A program made the translations under genes and the position numbers. A stretch of DNA of 64,000 nucleotides from Hyphomicrobiales bacterium (lineage in GTDB: Bacteria > Pseudomonadota > Alphaproteobacteria > Rhizobiales > Aestuariivirgaceae), in NCBI GenBank assembly GCA_046349175.1, contig JAXMCS010000004.1, positions 43,017 to 107,016 of the forward strand, read 5' to 3'. The notes under the pieces were generated by a model, which saw only the letters and a list, made by a program, of their open reading frames with translations, did no database searches and was not told where the DNA came from. This document shows positions 61,536 to 64,000 of this stretch, in pieces (position 1 is the first letter of the stretch; each line of letters begins with the position of its first letter).

Positions 61536-62380
61536 CGCGCGCGGGCCCACCCCTGTTTCATGTTCAGGATGCCTTTCTTCCACACCTCGTCGCGGTTGGG
61601 GAAGAAGTCGCGCCACACGCGGGTGGCCGCCGCCAGGGCAGGCATGGCGCGGCCAAAGGCCTCGATGGTCATGGTGCCATCATACTTCGCAGCCTTCAGA
61701 GCCTTGTAGGTGGCGGCAAGCGGCGTGTGGCCCTTGCCGGGCGTGCCGCGGTCATTCTCCGAGATGTGCACATGGATCAGATGGCGGCGGATGGTCTTGA
61801 TGGCACCGACAGGGTCCTTTTCCTCGATATTGGCATGGAACGTGTCGTACATCGCCTTGATCGCCGGATGATCCACCTCGTCGAGGTAGTCCGCCAGCTG
61901 TTGCATGGTGTTGAGGAAATAGGTCTCGAAGCGGTTGAGCGCCTCAAGGGAAAGCCGCACGTTCTTTTTAGCCGCGTGGTCGCCAACCGCCCGGTGAAAG
62001 GAAAGGCCGCGCTTGCGCTCGGCCGGCGTGGGGCCTGAACCGGTGAAGAAGCCAAGCTCTGAATGCATGGGTCCACCCAGAATGGGAGCGCCGAGCGCGG
62101 CATTGCAATCCACCACCCACTTGGCCCAGTCGCGCGCTGCGTTGCGCGTGGCAGCATCCGCCGCAAGCGGATGCTTGCCCTGCACCATCACGCTGACCGT
62201 GCTGCGCTCCAGCCCGATCTTGTCGAGTAATTCGCCGAGCCGCGCGTAATGTTCCGGGCTGCCCTCGAAGATCGGGATTTCCACGCTGTCATAGCCAGCC
62301 TTCTTCAGCGCGCGCATGACGGGGGCATGATCCTCCGTCACATGGGCTGTCCACAAAAGCATGTTGAAGCCGAATTTCAT
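61532..62380 (-). CDS. D-tagatose/D-psicose 3-epimerase family protein
   Basis: EALNRFE, DTFH.NIEE, HVHISENDRG.PG.G, IEAF. Confidence 0.88.
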   Translation of the reverse strand: MKFGFNMLLWTAHVTEDHAPVMRALKKAGYDSVEIPIFEGSPEHYARLGELLDKIGLERSTVSVMVQGKHPLAADAATRNAARDWAKWVVDCNAALGAPILGGPMHSELGFFTGSGPTPAERKRGLSFHRAVGDHAAKKNVRLSLEALNRFETYFLNTMQQLADYLDEVDHPAIKAMYDTFHANIEEKDPVGAIKTIRRHLIHVHISENDRGTPGKGHTPLAATYKALKAAKYDGTMTIEAFGRAMPALAAATRVWRDFFPNRDEVWKKGILNMKQGWARAR

Positions 62381-62453
62381 GTGTCCTCCCCGCAGTGTGG
62401 TCCACCGCGCTGCCCGTTCCAGCCCAACCTCCCGAAGCGGGCACAGGGTTGAT

Positions 62454-62468
62454 ACACTAATATATCAG
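62454..62468. promoter_or_regulatory. GntR-type operator, copy 3
   Basis: ACACTAATATATCAG, identical 15-mer to 49867-49881, upstream of the epimerase operon. Confidence 0.72.
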
Positions 62469-62520
62469 ATGCGGCTAGGGGGAGGGTCCTCCCAGTGGGC
62501 GAATCCTCGCATGGCCGACC

Positions 62521-62545
62521 GGAACGAACTTGCCCCGCCTGCGTT
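62521..62545 (+). promoter_or_regulatory. EcfG (sigmaT/RpoE2) general-stress promoter of ku-ligD
   Basis: GGAAC-N16-CGTT, then AGGAG RBS and the ku ATG. Confidence 0.78.
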
Positions 62546-62564
62546 TGCCATGAGGAGTTTTCCC

Positions 62565-63404
62565 ATGGCAGAGATACGTTCCTTCTGGAAAGGCCATCTG
62601 CGGCTGTCGCTTGTATCCATTCCTGTGCGCATGGTGACCGCCACCAAGAGGGAGCGCGAGATCCATTTCCACCAGATCCATCGCGCCTCCAAGCAACGCA
62701 TCAACTACACGAAAACAGCACCGGGCGTCGGTGAGGTGGACAAGGACGAGATCGTCCAGGGCTTTGAAGTCGAGCCCGGGAACTACGTGCTGCTGGAAGA
62801 TGAAGAATTGAACGCGCTGAAACTGGAGAGCCGGCACACAATTGAGCTCGCTGACTTCGTGGATGTCAGCGATATTGATCCCCTCTATTTCGACAAGCCC
62901 TATTACCTGCTGCCTGATGGCGAAGCAGCGGAAGAGGGCTATCGCGTCATTCGAGATGCCCTGGAAAAATCAGGCAAGGCCGCCATCGGCCAGCTCACCA
63001 TGCGGGGGCGTGAAAATCTGGTTGCCCTCAAGCCAAGTGGCGCGGGCATCTTGCTGGAAACCATGCGTTATGAGGACGAAATCAAGCAAGCTGAAGACGT
63101 CTTTTCCGGCATCGGCAAGGGCAAATTGCGCAGCGATCTCGTTGATATGGCTCGTGAACTGATCGAAAAGAGGACAACGAGTTTCGATCCCGGCAAATTC
63201 AAGAATCACTATACCCGAGCTTTGCGGGACCTGGTGCAGACGAAACTCAAGCACGGCAAAGTGGCCGTGGAGTCTGATGACCAGAAAAAGCAGGCCAATG
63301 TCATCGACTTCATGGAGGCCCTGAAACGCTCCGTTGGCAAAGCGCGGCCCGAACCAAAGGGCCCAAAAAAGCGGCCCGGTAAACCGCGGCGCAAGTCTGC
63401 CTGA
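62565..63404 (+). CDS. ku: NHEJ protein Ku
   Basis: RSFWKGHLRLSLVSIPV, IDPLYFDKPYYL, FDP..F...Y, NVIDFMEALKRS, basic tail. Confidence 0.95.
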   Translation: MAEIRSFWKGHLRLSLVSIPVRMVTATKREREIHFHQIHRASKQRINYTKTAPGVGEVDKDEIVQGFEVEPGNYVLLEDEELNALKLESRHTIELADFVDVSDIDPLYFDKPYYLLPDGEAAEEGYRVIRDALEKSGKAAIGQLTMRGRENLVALKPSGAGILLETMRYEDEIKQAEDVFSGIGKGKLRSDLVDMARELIEKRTTSFDPGKFKNHYTRALRDLVQTKLKHGKVAVESDDQKKQANVIDFMEALKRSVGKARPEPKGPKKRPGKPRRKSA

Positions 63405-63407
63405 TCC

Positions 63408-64000
63408 ATGGCGGGCTCATCCGCAAGCCTGGGGCCTTACATCCGCAAACGCAATTTTGCGCTGACGCCGGAACCCCGCGCCCGGGCAACCAAAGGCAGT
63501 GGTGATGCCTTTGTAGTGCAACGCCATTGGGCGCGGCGCGAGCATTTCGATTTAAGGCTGGAAGTCGATGGCGCCATGAAAAGCTGGGCCGTGACCAAGG
63601 GGCCCAGCAACAACCCCAAGGACAAGCGCCTGGCGGTGCGCGTCGAAGATCACCCGCTTGATTACAATGCCTTTGAAGGAACCATTCCCCGGCCGCAATA
63701 TGGCGGGGGAACAGTAATGATTTGGGACAGGGGCACCTGGACCTTGCTCGAAGGTAATGCAGAAGCGGGCCTGCGCCAAGGCAAACTGAAGATTGCATTT
63801 CACGGTGAGAGGCTGCGCGGTGACTATGCCCTTGTCCGCATGCGCGGGAACGGAGAAAAGAGAGAGAACTGGTTGCTCATCAAAGAGCGGGACGAATATG
63901 CCAAGCCAGAAAATGATCTCGTCAAACCCAACCAAAAAAGCATTGCAACAGGGCGGACCCGCAAGGAAATCGAGAATGGCGTTGCAGCGCGGGACATGGC
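63408..64000 (+). CDS. ligD: DNA ligase D, N-terminal phosphoesterase domain (partial)
   Basis: Manual translation: YIRKRNFALTPEP..FVVQRHWARREHFDLRLE.DG.MKSWAVTKGPS..P..KRLAVRVEDHPLDY..FEG.IP..QYGGG.VMIWDRG. Confidence 0.93.
   Translation, partial: MAGSSASLGPYIRKRNFALTPEPRARATKGSGDAFVVQRHWARREHFDLRLEVDGAMKSWAVTKGPSNNPKDKRLAVRVEDHPLDYNAFEGTIPRPQYGGGTVMIWDRGTWTLLEGNAEAGLRQGKLKIAFHGERLRGDYALVRMRGNGEKRENWLLIKERDEYAKPENDLVKPNQKSIATGRTRKEIENGVAARDM

Overview
High-GC alphaproteobacterial (Hyphomicrobiales-like) chromosomal window. 1-13.1 kb is mostly core genome: partial CelD/BcsL-type GNAT, ycjX-ycjF-htpX-like operon, metA with a coupled P-loop ATPase, a Slam (type XI secretion) + TbpB-like surface lipoprotein pair, PuuB-like oxidase, dksA, IMPase, MmgR/suhB sRNA, hutG, cpdR and tRNA-Val(GAC). 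After the tRNA comes a ~49 kb carbohydrate-catabolism block: an iol module, four sugar ABC transporters, one LacI and four GntR/FadR regulators, many dehydrogenases/dehydratases, a MocD-like oxygenase next to a degenerate PanB-like protein, and a kinase coupled to a divergent enolase. The window ends in an EcfG-promoter-preceded ku-ligD pair. Best candidate for an undescribed system: a three-copy operator (ACTAATATAWCAG) that places the uncharacterised epimerase / Tm-1-like (UPF0261) / PEP-hydrolase-like TIM barrel / tandem-SRPBCC operon in one regulon with a sugar-acid pathway that lacks its usual terminal hydrolase. Several genes are broken by homopolymer indels (probably long-read errors) or by TGG->TAG changes in a shared CCTAGC context. 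All family calls come from motif recognition by eye, not from database searches.
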